Of a stretch of DNA of 64,000 nt, positions 36,924-47,171 are shown piece after piece (the first letter of the stretch is position 1; every line of letters begins with the position of its first letter). Under the pieces are notes generated by a model. The model saw only the letters and a list, made by a program, of their open reading frames with translations. It searched no databases and was not told where the DNA came from. The translations under genes were made by a program, and so were the position numbers. Origin of the DNA: Thermofilaceae archaeon. GTDB lineage: Archaea > Thermoproteota > Thermoprotei > Thermofilales > Thermofilaceae. The DNA lies in contig JAWCCZ010000003.1 in the NCBI GenBank assembly GCA_038861545.1, positions 64,001 through 128,000 of the forward strand, read 5' to 3'.

Positions 36924-38756
36924 TCGCTTACTGTAAACGGCGTTTACTCCCTCAAGAAGGGTTTCTACCACAATGTTTTCCGCAGATTTTAAGCGGAGAA
37001 GGTATTCAAGGAATTCTTTCTTAACCGAATTAATTATTTCGTTAGGGTTGGCACTACCATCAGCTATACTTTTCAACTTGGATTCCATTTTTCCTCTAAT
37101 TTCGGGAAGTATTGCCTCAGGTACTGCCTCATCTAAAGCCTTAATAAGGGCGCGACCAAGCGGAGTGGGTATGCAACTTTTTCTTTGTATTTCGAAGTAT
37201 TTTCTCTCTATATTAGTGTGAATATGGTCTTGCATCGTAGCATCTGTTCCTATCCCATAGTACCTCATCAGCCTAAGTAGTTCAGACTCGCTTAAGTACG
37301 GAGGGGGTTCGGTCTCGCGCTCAACTGTCTCTATATTTAAGACCTTTAACTGTTCGCCGATACTAAGCTCTGGAAGAGCTTTTTCTTGTGGCTTTTCATA
37401 ATAATATACTAATGTATAGCCGTAATCTAGTATTTTCACCCCTTCTGCTATAAACCTACAGTTGTCTATCTCTACTTTAACCAGCTGACGTTCCATTTTT
37501 AGCGGTGGGCTTAAAGTTGCAAGAAAATGCCTTACAACTAAGTCATATAATTTCCAACCTTCAACTCCAAACCGCTTAACCATCTTCTCTGCATTTACAT
37601 GCTTTAGAGGATGAATTGGAGGATGGGCTTTATCGTCATCCTTACCCTGCCTAACACTAAGCTTAGATTGTGAAAGAATTTTCTGACTAACATATTCACC
37701 AAGTTCTTCGTGGTGTAAAAACATCGAAGCGATAGCTCTGAGGTTAATTGTAGGAGGATATATTGTTGTATCGGTTCTAGGGTAGGAAATAAGTCCCTCT
37801 TGATACAGGTCCTCTGCAAGCGCCATAGCGATTTTTGGTCTGGTATCCAAAAAGCGGCTTGCCCTTCTTTCAAGTTCAACTGTAGCAAGAGGCTCAGGCG
37901 GTTCACGTGATATTATTTTATTATCAAATTCGATAATCATGGCTTTTTCGGCTTTCCTAAGCTTCACAGCTAAGGCTTCGGCTTCATCCTTTAGTTCGAA
38001 ATTTTTCTCATATTTTGCCTTAAACTTATAATTTGAAGTTTCTAATGTAACTATTAATTGATAATATTTCTTTTTCTTAAAATTTTCTCTCTCCAAAGCT
38101 CTTTTTACGACTAGGTAGAGTACTGGTGTCTGGCAGGGACCATAGCTAAGGAATTTTCCCCGCGGTAGATTACCGTTATTCCTCTCAACCATAAGTGTAA
38201 GGGTTCGCGTAAAAGAAGCTCCTATGACCAAATCGAGTACCATTCGTGCGAAAGCTTTGTTGGCCAGTCGAGGATCTGGATCACGAGGTTTAGATAAGGC
38301 ATCCAAAATATCATCTTTGGTCACGGCTGAGAACCATATTCTACTGAACTTTAAGTGTGGATTAGATTTTCTCATTACATGCATTACCTCGAATGCTATA
38401 GCTTCCCCCTCTATGTCAGCGTCAAGAGCCAGAATCACGAGTTCCGTAGAGATCGCGAGTTTACTTAAGGCATTTACATACTTCACCATTCCTTCCCTAA
38501 TCATTCTGATCGGAGCAATTCGGAAAAGCTCAATCGGGTCTACATTTTTCCAGCCGCTGTACTTTTTCGGGAAATCAAAATTCATTAAATGACCCCTGAT
38601 ACCTAATGCAGCCCATTCACCCCATTTACACTTGAAGACTAGTACTGACACTCCAGCTACATTAATGGACGCGTATCTACCTTGCGAAAGATAAGCGGCA
38701 AATGCTCTGGCCACCCCAGGTTTTTCTGCGACTACGATGGCATCAAACCACATCAT
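36876..38756 (-). CDS. topA: Type IA DNA topoisomerase
   Basis: AEKP, DADIEGE Toprim, SYGPCQTP, ISYPRTD catalytic Tyr, AHPPI, GIGTDAT. Confidence 0.96.
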   Translation of the reverse strand: MMWFDAIVVAEKPGVARAFAAYLSQGRYASINVAGVSVLVFKCKWGEWAALGIRGHLMNFDFPKKYSGWKNVDPIELFRIAPIRMIREGMVKYVNALSKLAISTELVILALDADIEGEAIAFEVMHVMRKSNPHLKFSRIWFSAVTKDDILDALSKPRDPDPRLANKAFARMVLDLVIGASFTRTLTLMVERNNGNLPRGKFLSYGPCQTPVLYLVVKRALERENFKKKKYYQLIVTLETSNYKFKAKYEKNFELKDEAEALAVKLRKAEKAMIIEFDNKIISREPPEPLATVELERRASRFLDTRPKIAMALAEDLYQEGLISYPRTDTTIYPPTINLRAIASMFLHHEELGEYVSQKILSQSKLSVRQGKDDDKAHPPIHPLKHVNAEKMVKRFGVEGWKLYDLVVRHFLATLSPPLKMERQLVKVEIDNCRFIAEGVKILDYGYTLVYYYEKPQEKALPELSIGEQLKVLNIETVERETEPPPYLSESELLRLMRYYGIGTDATMQDHIHTNIERKYFEIQRKSCIPTPLGRALIKALDEAVPEAILPEIRGKMESKLKSIADGSANPNEIINSVKKEFLEYLLRLKSAENIVVETLLEGVNAVYSKRSSGKSHRSKFRTDRI

Positions 38757-39886
38757 CTTTTTCTAGCTTTATCTTTCTCGTTAAGTGTTACATTAACTAC
38801 CTTTAGACCTACTCCCAATAATTCCTTAAAGACTTCACTAAGGAATCTCACGAAAATTCCTTTTTGTCCCACGAAGGCCCCTAAGTTCTCGCTGTCGATT
38901 TCGACTTCAATGTTTACACCAATTAGGTCAGCATTTCCCACATGTTTCTTTATCCACCCTAGCGGATGAAGAGAGCAAACTAATTGTTTAAAGTCCAGGT
39001 TCAGCTCTATTCCCCTAATACTTAAACCACTGTCTTTTTCAATGCGATTAATTCTATCACCACCCCTGCCGATCAACCTGCCTAAAAAACCATCCTTAGA
39101 AACTATCAGCATGTCCGGGGCATTCTTAATATCATACTTTTCTTTAAGCAGTCTCAGGTCTACCACCGTTATAATCTGCGCATCAGGCGAGTGAGAATAG
39201 ATTAAACTTAGAATTTTCCTTTCCTCTTCATTCATTTCCCTTTTTCTTAGTTTCATTTCTAGAGCCAGTTTAAATGCTCGCTTTGCGCCCGGTCTGACAA
39301 TATCCTGAACACCAAAATCAATAACAAACGCTTTCTCTTGACCCATCAGAACTTCTCTCGCAATAGCAGCACTATTGTCTGGCGAGCCAGCTTGAGAAAC
39401 TGGATCACCAGCTATAACTAGCTTTGAATTATTCCCTATGCGTAGCAAAGCTTCATAAATTACTTCTAAAGGTGCATACTGGGAATCATCAAGGAATACA
39501 AGAGTTTTCTCAAAGGTCCTTCCAGCTAGGAAACTAGGATCCGCTACAATTAACTTACTGCTTTCGAGTTGTTTTTTTAAATTCTCTTTATCTATGACAT
39601 CGGATATAAGATCAAAAATATATGAAGATGCCAGGTCAAAAAAGAGCCCACCCAACTCTATCGAGCTGTATCTTCTCCCAGTGTTAAGATCAACTAGGGG
39701 TCTAACTATTACGAAGCGGGAAAATTTGCCTCCGTTTACTGCTTTAATACCGTATAGACATGTTACAAAACTTTTACCGGTCCCGCTGGGACCGAAAACC
39801 CCCACTATATCTACATCTTGGCTATCTAGCGCGGCAAGTAATTGTTTTTGCTTTTCATTATACGGCTTAATGTCACCTGATAGCAT
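38753..39886 (-). CDS. PhoH-family ATPase with C-terminal KH domains
   Basis: GPSGTGKS, VRP, GRTF, LDDSQ, RIG, GD, DIVR; KH loops IGRGG and VGQKG. Confidence 0.9.
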   Translation of the reverse strand: MLSGDIKPYNEKQKQLLAALDSQDVDIVGVFGPSGTGKSFVTCLYGIKAVNGGKFSRFVIVRPLVDLNTGRRYSSIELGGLFFDLASSYIFDLISDVIDKENLKKQLESSKLIVADPSFLAGRTFEKTLVFLDDSQYAPLEVIYEALLRIGNNSKLVIAGDPVSQAGSPDNSAAIAREVLMGQEKAFVIDFGVQDIVRPGAKRAFKLALEMKLRKREMNEEERKILSLIYSHSPDAQIITVVDLRLLKEKYDIKNAPDMLIVSKDGFLGRLIGRGGDRINRIEKDSGLSIRGIELNLDFKQLVCSLHPLGWIKKHVGNADLIGVNIEVEIDSENLGAFVGQKGIFVRFLSEVFKELLGVGLKVVNVTLNEKDKARKR

Positions 39887-39952
39887 GATTTAAAGTGCTT
39901 TGAAATGAGTATTTAAATGCACACATTCTCTCAAACCTCCGTTTCAGAGTTT

Positions 39953-40480
39953 CTACTTAAGGCGACGTCCGCAATAAGGACAGGCAACGTGAACATCACC
40001 ATAGGGAAGCGTCCTACCACAGTAAGGGCATTTTTTCTCGACCACAGAACTCTCAGAAGTGGTTACTTTAATTTCACTATTCACCGCAGTTCTACTATGC
40101 TGAGGTTTTTTCTGGTATTGGGGTGGAGCACTACTGGATGTTGCTAGTGCTTGACGTGGTAGCTTAGTCTCAGGTGTTATCTCTTCAGGCCTTTCCACTA
40201 TTTGTAATGATTCGCTCGAACGCTGGATAATGATGCCGACATATATTACGAAGAGCTTTTTCATAGCTAAAAAGACTAAGAGTATACCGATGACTGGTAT
40301 AACAGATAGTAAAGCTAGGAGCGATAGAATGAGTGTTAGGTTAGAATCGGATAGCACTAAGAAAAAAGACGAAAAAACAATTATCACAGCCAATAAAATT
40401 GAGGCTGTGATTAAGATAAGCATGAATTTTTTTAAATTACCTAGGGCTCTCTTCCCGACGATTTCCAATTCCTTGAACAC
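39953..40480 (-). CDS. Membrane protein with C-terminal zinc ribbon
   Basis: Two TM helices; CPYC...CPYC. Confidence 0.75.
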   Translation of the reverse strand: MFKELEIVGKRALGNLKKFMLILITASILLAVIIVFSSFFLVLSDSNLTLILSLLALLSVIPVIGILLVFLAMKKLFVIYVGIIIQRSSESLQIVERPEEITPETKLPRQALATSSSAPPQYQKKPQHSRTAVNSEIKVTTSESSVVEKKCPYCGRTLPYGDVHVACPYCGRRLK

Positions 40481-40582
40481 GACGTGTTACCTTAACTCCG
40501 TGATATAAATTCATCACTGATCAGAGCTTGGACCCACAGTCACTGGTCGCTATGAAGATCGGCTGCCGGGTATAATAAGTTT

Positions 40583-40921
40583 TTACTGATTTTTAGCTAA
40601 AGCAACACGCGCGATTTTTACTTTGCCGTCCTCGCTAACAACAGCCTCTAGGTGTGGACTAGCTTCTAATTGTTTTAAGTGGATATCTTTTATCAAGCTC
40701 ACCCTTCTACTTTTAACTTCAGCTCCGAGTAATTCAGCGAGTTCTTCCAGTACATGGTAGGCTTCTTTAGCTCTACCACGTGCCCAGAGTAGTTCATCTT
40801 GAGCGGCTATAACTTCACTCTTAACTTGGATGAGTGTTTTCTTGGCCTCGCCACTCACATCATCTCTGCGCAATAGTTCCTCCAACATGTTCAGTGCGTT
40901 TCGAAGATGTACCGAAGACAT
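40583..40921 (-). CDS. Hypothetical protein
   Basis: 112-aa ORF with GGGG SD-like motif upstream, co-oriented with neighbours. Confidence 0.7.
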   Translation of the reverse strand: MSSVHLRNALNMLEELLRRDDVSGEAKKTLIQVKSEVIAAQDELLWARGRAKEAYHVLEELAELLGAEVKSRRVSLIKDIHLKQLEASPHLEAVVSEDGKVKIARVALAKNQ

Positions 40922-41037
40922 TTCGACCCCTTTAAATTAGGTAATCCAAAGCCTTAACCAGCTTAACTGGCTTTTTACGGAATACTAACGTAATGCGCTG
41001 GTTCATATCGGAGGAAGCCTCCTTGAGGGCGAATGTG

Positions 41038-42510
41038 TTATAAATGAGCGAATAACATTAAACGAAAGGAACGTGAAATGTCAGCTAAGCTGCAGGATAT
41101 CGCTTTCCTCCAAGGTCCTCTGATAATTCCCGAAGAAGCCATTTTAGAAAGTTGTTCGATTCTATAAGTGACTGGTGGGTGAGGGTCCCACTTAAGCCAA
41201 GCCATAAGTCGCCCCCAAGGGCTGCTCTCTAAAAATATATGCTTCAAACCTATTTTACGCAATGCTGATGCAAGCTTTTCTGGACGTCCAACATAAAGTG
41301 CCGAATCTATATCAGCCCTCATTTCAACGAATTTAGCTACTACGAAGAACACCGTGAGTGAGAAACTAAGGTAAAACAGGCCTAAGGGGGTTGCGAGTAA
41401 GGGCCACAGCAGTAGAGTTAGGTAAACTCTACTCAAATACTCAATGCTGCTTAGCACAAAAAAAGTTAACACGTCACGTCTTTTAAGGTGGCTTATTTCG
41501 TGCCCTATTACAGCTTCAATCTCCGCCTCATCAAGACGCGAGATAAGACCTGTTGTAATTAGCACTGATGCTAAAGAGGGGCACACACCTGAGGCAGCAG
41601 CGTTAGGATATATGATGTTGGAAAGGTAGACTGATGGAACATTTTTAAGTTTAAAGCGTTTTGCAACTTGCTCAACTATGTTGTAAAGATCAACCTTTCT
41701 AATTTCAATTTCGTATTCTTCGGGTTGAAGATTAAGTTCTGTTAAAACTTTCTTAACTGATTCCTCATTAGGTTCTTCTCCTCTTTCCAAGCTAGACTCA
41801 TAAAGTTTCTTTTTGACATCAAATCGGTGAGGTAATAGAACTTTTTGTAATACTATTTGATATTTTTCTATCGGCATTTTCAATCCAATTAGATATACTA
41901 GTCTATGCGATGAGTCCAGTTTCCAATCCCCCATTATAAGGGGCGTAATTTTATAGGAAATAACCATTATAGGTATCTGCATTAATACTAACACTATTGG
42001 TGTGTAGCTCCCGAATACAATGAACACTGCATATGAAATTAGTATTGAGATTGCGAAAATAAAGACTAGGTTCCCGAGGAATAACGATTGAAGCGTACGC
42101 TTAGATTTTGACTCAGCTCTTGGGGGGATTAGCCGTCTTCCTGGAACAAAAACGAAGTAAGCGGCGCCAAAACCGCCAGTTTCAGCGAAAAAGTTTAGTG
42201 CACTTTCAAGTAGCCTAGCTACCCCCTCAAGCACCATTCTACTAGTGAAAGGGCGGAGCAGGGTTACCCTGTATTGAATGGAGTTGCTTGAATATGAAAT
42301 AAGTATTTCAAATAAGGGTCCGCTTTCATCATCTATATAAAAAAGCATACCTGGGGAGCCTGCATAGCTTACGTTAAGTGCACTGCGCATATATCTACCA
42401 TATTTTTCGGTTATAACGTTTAAAAGAAACTTCTCGAATCTCTTTCTTACAGTATCATCACTAAGGTCTATATAAGGTAGATCCTTCTCTAAGATGGGTA
42501 GACCGGACAT
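41038..42510 (-). CDS. M48 (HtpX-like) membrane zinc metalloprotease with long N-terminal extension
   Basis: PNAAASG, GHEISH, EMRAD, HPP..RI; TM segments. Confidence 0.88.
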   Translation of the reverse strand: MSGLPILEKDLPYIDLSDDTVRKRFEKFLLNVITEKYGRYMRSALNVSYAGSPGMLFYIDDESGPLFEILISYSSNSIQYRVTLLRPFTSRMVLEGVARLLESALNFFAETGGFGAAYFVFVPGRRLIPPRAESKSKRTLQSLFLGNLVFIFAISILISYAVFIVFGSYTPIVLVLMQIPIMVISYKITPLIMGDWKLDSSHRLVYLIGLKMPIEKYQIVLQKVLLPHRFDVKKKLYESSLERGEEPNEESVKKVLTELNLQPEEYEIEIRKVDLYNIVEQVAKRFKLKNVPSVYLSNIIYPNAAASGVCPSLASVLITTGLISRLDEAEIEAVIGHEISHLKRRDVLTFFVLSSIEYLSRVYLTLLLWPLLATPLGLFYLSFSLTVFFVVAKFVEMRADIDSALYVGRPEKLASALRKIGLKHIFLESSPWGRLMAWLKWDPHPPVTYRIEQLSKMASSGIIRGPWRKAISCSLADISRSFRLMLFAHL

Positions 42511-42619
42511 TAACGGTATGTTGACTAGAGGGTTTAAAAGGTTAAGGGATTAAATTAGCTGACTATAAAAAATTAAGAATTAATAAAAGAGTTTAATTTT
42601 AGTAAAATCAATAGTTTTT

Positions 42620-44557
42620 TTATTCTTCTAAAGAAATTTCCTCAATACTCTGTGCCTTTCCTTTCCTTAACAATTTCAGGCCTGCAGTTCCGCCTCCTAT
42701 GGCTACACTCATCACTGCTGTTTCGAGAGTTGTTAACGGGATTCCACCTAGTATAGGTATCTCGAATAATACATCTAACTTTAGTTTCCTTGGGCCGCTG
42801 TTATTTACTTCTTCGAGACGTGTACTGACTATGCGTTTGTATGAACTCTCTATGATGAACTTACCTTTAGGTATTTGAATCACCTCTGTACCACCTTCCT
42901 CACCGGTTACCGTTCTCGCAATTACTGTGCCACCATTCTTGACGATAACTTCAGCACCTTGTATGGGTTTGTCCCAAGCATCGACTACTAGCCACGACGC
43001 ACGGTAAACATCGCACTTCACTGTTATGTTTGGATTAACTATTGATCCAAGCGCTAACGTAGCTACTGTTACACCTTTAAACTGTACATCGATTAGATAA
43101 TTGCCTGGTTTATATAGCTTGAAAGTAGCTACTCCGTCACTATCACTTAGGCTACTTAGGTTTAAAGGTCCTCGCACATCGACTTTTGCTCCAATAATCG
43201 TCTCACCACAGTCGTCGATGAGCTTGAAGTTTATGGGTTTCCAGTCTATTTCAAAAATATAGTTTCCGGTTTCTATGGAATCAAATGCCTTTACTTGGAC
43301 GTACGCCTCATTTGAGTAAGTTCTTATGTCTCTATACTCATTCCCCCATGGAAGTAAACCCTCAAAACGTCCACCAACTTCAATTCCGGAGGGGGTTCGT
43401 ATGCTAGTTATTGTAGCATAGCTAGGAGCTTGTACAACTAGGTATGCAAAAGCTGCATCCTTTATATCTGCATCCTTTATTGTGAATTCGACTCCTTTAG
43501 GAGTCCATACTCCAGCATCTTTAATGAATATAGTCGTATACATTAAGTTAACATTATCTCTCATGTTATTGCGTACTTCAAACCATGTTCCGAAAACTAT
43601 ATAAGCCTTAATCCAAACTCTTAAGTTTATATTAGGGATCAAGAAAGATGCAGCCCTAATGGTTACAGTATCATCTTTGTAATAAGCGTAGTCGACTAAA
43701 GTACCTGACACATCAACTTCACCGTTTGTTCTTCCAGTTAAGGGTGCGATGCTGTATAGAATCACCACTGCGCCAAGGCTTCTCCAACCACTTTTCTGTC
43801 CGATCCCGATTTTCTTTGTCTCACCAGCTTTGACAACATCCTCGCGGAAATCGGTTTCTGCTACCAGAAAAGATGGTGGTAGCTCATAGTCACGATCTTT
43901 AGCTAAGCAGATAGTATACTCACCTGTTTCCAAAAACGTTAAATTCAGCTCCAAGTGTTTGTAATCAACCTTTAAAGCAGCAGGTGTCTTTTCATTTGCA
44001 AACAGGCTTTCACTGTTAGGATCCTTTACATTCACAATTGCAAATGGAGCATGGTTATCTATGGTGATTTTAACTGTGAGGTCATTTCTAGTAAATGGAG
44101 GCGGAGGGTCCTCGACCGCGAACCTAACTTCCCCCTCCTGCAGCTTGAGCCATCCGCTTTTTACATAACAAATACTTACATAAGTATCGACTGTAACGTT
44201 TGAAGAAGAAGCCGCTAATGTTACAACACCGCTGTAAGAGACAAGTGCAATTACTTTCCCCTCTAATATTTCTGACTTAGAATACTTCACAGGTATTACT
44301 TCTTTCGGCAAACCCCCCGGAAAAGACACGCGTAGATAATATAAACTATATCCAGGCGGCGGAGGAGGTGCTTGAACATCGTTTATCTTAGCTTCATCGA
44401 GGAGAAGCGACGTGCTGTAGCCAGTCGTTAAAAAATAATCAATTTTTGCGTAGTAAACGTATTCATCTCCAAGGCTAACCGTAGCAGATTGCGATGCAAA
44501 AGCTGCTGCAACAGTTAAAGCCAGCATAAGCGCGTATAGTAGCCTAACTCTTTTCAC
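42620..44557 (-). CDS. Secreted/cell-surface protein with C-terminal beta-sandwich repeats and membrane anchor
   Basis: Signal peptide from GTG 44557 (KRVRLLYALMLALTVAAAFA), two 'I.GA.V.V...(S/T)..DG/EG' carboxypeptidase-regulatory-like repeats, C-terminal hydrophobic segment plus basic residues. Confidence 0.7.
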   Translation of the reverse strand: MKRVRLLYALMLALTVAAAFASQSATVSLGDEYVYYAKIDYFLTTGYSTSLLLDEAKINDVQAPPPPPGYSLYYLRVSFPGGLPKEVIPVKYSKSEILEGKVIALVSYSGVVTLAASSSNVTVDTYVSICYVKSGWLKLQEGEVRFAVEDPPPPFTRNDLTVKITIDNHAPFAIVNVKDPNSESLFANEKTPAALKVDYKHLELNLTFLETGEYTICLAKDRDYELPPSFLVAETDFREDVVKAGETKKIGIGQKSGWRSLGAVVILYSIAPLTGRTNGEVDVSGTLVDYAYYKDDTVTIRAASFLIPNINLRVWIKAYIVFGTWFEVRNNMRDNVNLMYTTIFIKDAGVWTPKGVEFTIKDADIKDAAFAYLVVQAPSYATITSIRTPSGIEVGGRFEGLLPWGNEYRDIRTYSNEAYVQVKAFDSIETGNYIFEIDWKPINFKLIDDCGETIIGAKVDVRGPLNLSSLSDSDGVATFKLYKPGNYLIDVQFKGVTVATLALGSIVNPNITVKCDVYRASWLVVDAWDKPIQGAEVIVKNGGTVIARTVTGEEGGTEVIQIPKGKFIIESSYKRIVSTRLEEVNNSGPRKLKLDVLFEIPILGGIPLTTLETAVMSVAIGGGTAGLKLLRKGKAQSIEEISLEE

Positions 44558-44877
44558 ACTTTTAAATCTAGGGAGGGATTTTAGGAGAGGACAGTTCCAC
44601 TGGAAGAGAATTTCATAGGTAGCGCGCACGTATTACGTAACACACACTTCCTCAAGAGTTGTAGATCATCTAGTTGTATTTGTATTTCATAGAGTTGTCT
44701 CTAAAAAGTTTATCATTCATGTAGCACGGCTTTTACAATATGCTAAAGGCCTCTTTTACTGAAGGTTCATCAAACCTATACCGTTTTTCTAGTAACCACT
44801 ACTGGATAGGGTGAAGTATTGGAGTATTTATAATACGCCGCCAAGCTTAAGGCTTAGCTATCGAAAAGCACAGGGGG

Positions 44878-45288
44878 GTGAATGTGAAATACCGTTTGAT
44901 GGATTTATTGGCCTGCCCATATGATAAGAGTTTTCCATTAGAGTTGTTTACATTAAAAATCAACAAGTACAGTGAACGAACAATAACGTTTAAGAAAAAA
45001 CCTGCCTGCGAACTCTATTGCGCTTTTCAAGGCAAAAAAATTGAAGAATTGCATAGTAAACCTGATTGTGATGAATGTATAAAATACGAAGTTTCTGAAG
45101 GCGTTTTATTTTGTCGTGTATGTAATCGATGGTTTCCAATAATAGATGAAATACCTATACTCCTACCGGATGAGATGAGAGAAAAGAAAGAAGAATTAGA
45201 TTTTCTGCAAAAATTCAAAGATCAATTACCTAAATATCTGATAGAAGATGGGAAACCCTGGAACTTAAAAACATGCAGTAAGGAGTAA
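44878..45288 (+). CDS. trm112: Trm112-family methyltransferase activator
   Basis: LMDLLACPYDK.FPL ... EGVLFC..C.RWFPIIDEIPILLPDE. Confidence 0.9.
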   Translation: MNVKYRLMDLLACPYDKSFPLELFTLKINKYSERTITFKKKPACELYCAFQGKKIEELHSKPDCDECIKYEVSEGVLFCRVCNRWFPIIDEIPILLPDEMREKKEELDFLQKFKDQLPKYLIEDGKPWNLKTCSKE

Positions 45289-45336
45289 TTCTATTCTTCT
45301 AGTACCAGCTTAAGCAGACATCCGATAAAGTTTTAT

Positions 45337-47067
45337 TCAGTCATGAGTATAGATGAATGTTAATTTTTCCTTGTTTTCTAAAATAGTAAAACCAAACCTA
45401 TAGAATTGTGCATGCATTCCGACTTCCACTTCTTTTACCCCTGGTTCAACCACCCCCTCCACTACGGCAACCTTGTTACCTTTAGCGACAATAATAGTGG
45501 CGTTTAAAGCTCCCATTACAGGACACCATTGTATTATAGGCAAGCTTTTAGACTTAGCATATTCCACGCCGAGAGCCAGCACCTCTGCCTCTTCATCAGA
45601 AAGAAGTCTTATATTTGCGAGTCCTAGAAGCCTAATTTCTTTTCCCGGAGTAATGTTTTCAACCTCATTACCTGGTACGTAAACCTCACCTATACCGTTG
45701 CATACTTTTAATTTGATTTCTCGAATGCCTCTCTCCGGGTATGAAGGATGACGTGGGATTTTAGCCACAAGCTCTTTAAGTCCAGTTTTCAGCCTAAGTT
45801 TAACAGGGTTCGGTACAAACATGTATCTATTAGCACGGGGTTCTAAGTATTTCCTATTTGTAGCGTAAAGGTTTTCCAAGCTAATCTTAGCTGACGAAGG
45901 TTTAATTCCGACTTGAATTATTAATTCCCAAATAGATTCAGGTAAGATCCCTCGCCTCCTTAATGCACGTAAAGTAGCTAACCTAGGATCGTCAAGGCTA
46001 TCAAAAAGCCCGGAACGCAATCCTTCTCTCATTCTCGATTTGCTAAGAATAGCACCCTCTATGCTTAGCCTGCCAAAGTGGACCGCAACTGGATATTTCC
46101 AGCCAAAGTGTTCATAAAGGTATTTTTGCTTCAGAGTATTTACTTCATGCTCAGCGCCTCTTAAGATATGCGTTACACCCATTAATCGGTCGTCGATAGC
46201 GCAGGCGAAGTTATAAGTTGGCCAAACCCGGTATTTGTTCCCTGTCAAGGGATGGGGGTGCTGTTCAGTGTTTATTATTCTAAGCGCTACCCAATCCCTA
46301 ACAGATGGATTAGGATGCGAAGCATCAGTTTTAATTCTTAGAGTGACTTCCCCTTCTTCGAAATCTCCGTTTAGCATTTTCTCCCATAGTTCCAGCTGAT
46401 ATTCCTCTGGTTGAGCGGCGCAAGAGCATCTAATACCGGCAGTTCTGTATTTGCTGACAGCTTCTCGAGGGCACTTGCATACATAAGCACAACCTTTCTT
46501 TAAAAGTTGTTTAGCATGATCGTAGTATATCTCCATCCTTAGCGACTGTATATATTCTTCATCCCATTTAATACCTAGCCATTTCAAGTCATCTCTGATT
46601 ATATCATATGCTTCGGGCATAGGGGCTTTTGTTTTGGGATCCGTATCCTCAAATCTAAGTATGAATCGCCCGGAATAAACCCTAGAATACTCATAATTGA
46701 GGATGGCGGGTCTGGCGCTGCCTAGGTGAAGGACGAAATCCGGGTTTGGCGCAAACCTTGTCACTACTTTTCTCTCCTCAGCGCTTGGCAGCGGTGGCAA
46801 ATGCCGCCTTTCACTCGACACTTTTTCTTCAACCAGAACATGAGTTTCGCTCAGGCGCGCAAGTAACTCTCTCTGCTCATTTAGGCTCATTAAATTTACT
46901 TCAGAGACAACCTCTTCAGCCAATTTGAGTAACTCTCGAGCTATGGGACGAAGATCTGGCCTACTTCCCAGTAGCTTAGAAAATACAGAATTTACCATAG
47001 CCTTGCCACCATGCTTAATTGCATTTTCTAAAGCATAGACCAGTAACTGTTTCCTATATTCTTCCAT
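45337..47067 (-). CDS. gltX: Glutamyl-tRNA synthetase
   Basis: TRFAPNPDFVLHLG, LRFEDTDP, WPTYNFA, THILRG, LSKS, DDPRL. Confidence 0.97.
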   Translation of the reverse strand: MEEYRKQLLVYALENAIKHGGKAMVNSVFSKLLGSRPDLRPIARELLKLAEEVVSEVNLMSLNEQRELLARLSETHVLVEEKVSSERRHLPPLPSAEERKVVTRFAPNPDFVLHLGSARPAILNYEYSRVYSGRFILRFEDTDPKTKAPMPEAYDIIRDDLKWLGIKWDEEYIQSLRMEIYYDHAKQLLKKGCAYVCKCPREAVSKYRTAGIRCSCAAQPEEYQLELWEKMLNGDFEEGEVTLRIKTDASHPNPSVRDWVALRIINTEQHPHPLTGNKYRVWPTYNFACAIDDRLMGVTHILRGAEHEVNTLKQKYLYEHFGWKYPVAVHFGRLSIEGAILSKSRMREGLRSGLFDSLDDPRLATLRALRRRGILPESIWELIIQVGIKPSSAKISLENLYATNRKYLEPRANRYMFVPNPVKLRLKTGLKELVAKIPRHPSYPERGIREIKLKVCNGIGEVYVPGNEVENITPGKEIRLLGLANIRLLSDEEAEVLALGVEYAKSKSLPIIQWCPVMGALNATIIVAKGNKVAVVEGVVEPGVKEVEVGMHAQFYRFGFTILENKEKLTFIYTHD

Positions 47068-47171
47068 TGATTAAACACCGCCTCCTGTTATTCTTCGAGC
47101 ATTTAAATGCTTGAGCTAAATATTGTATCTGGGCATATAATTTAATTCCTACCTTAGTAGTAACTCAAGAT

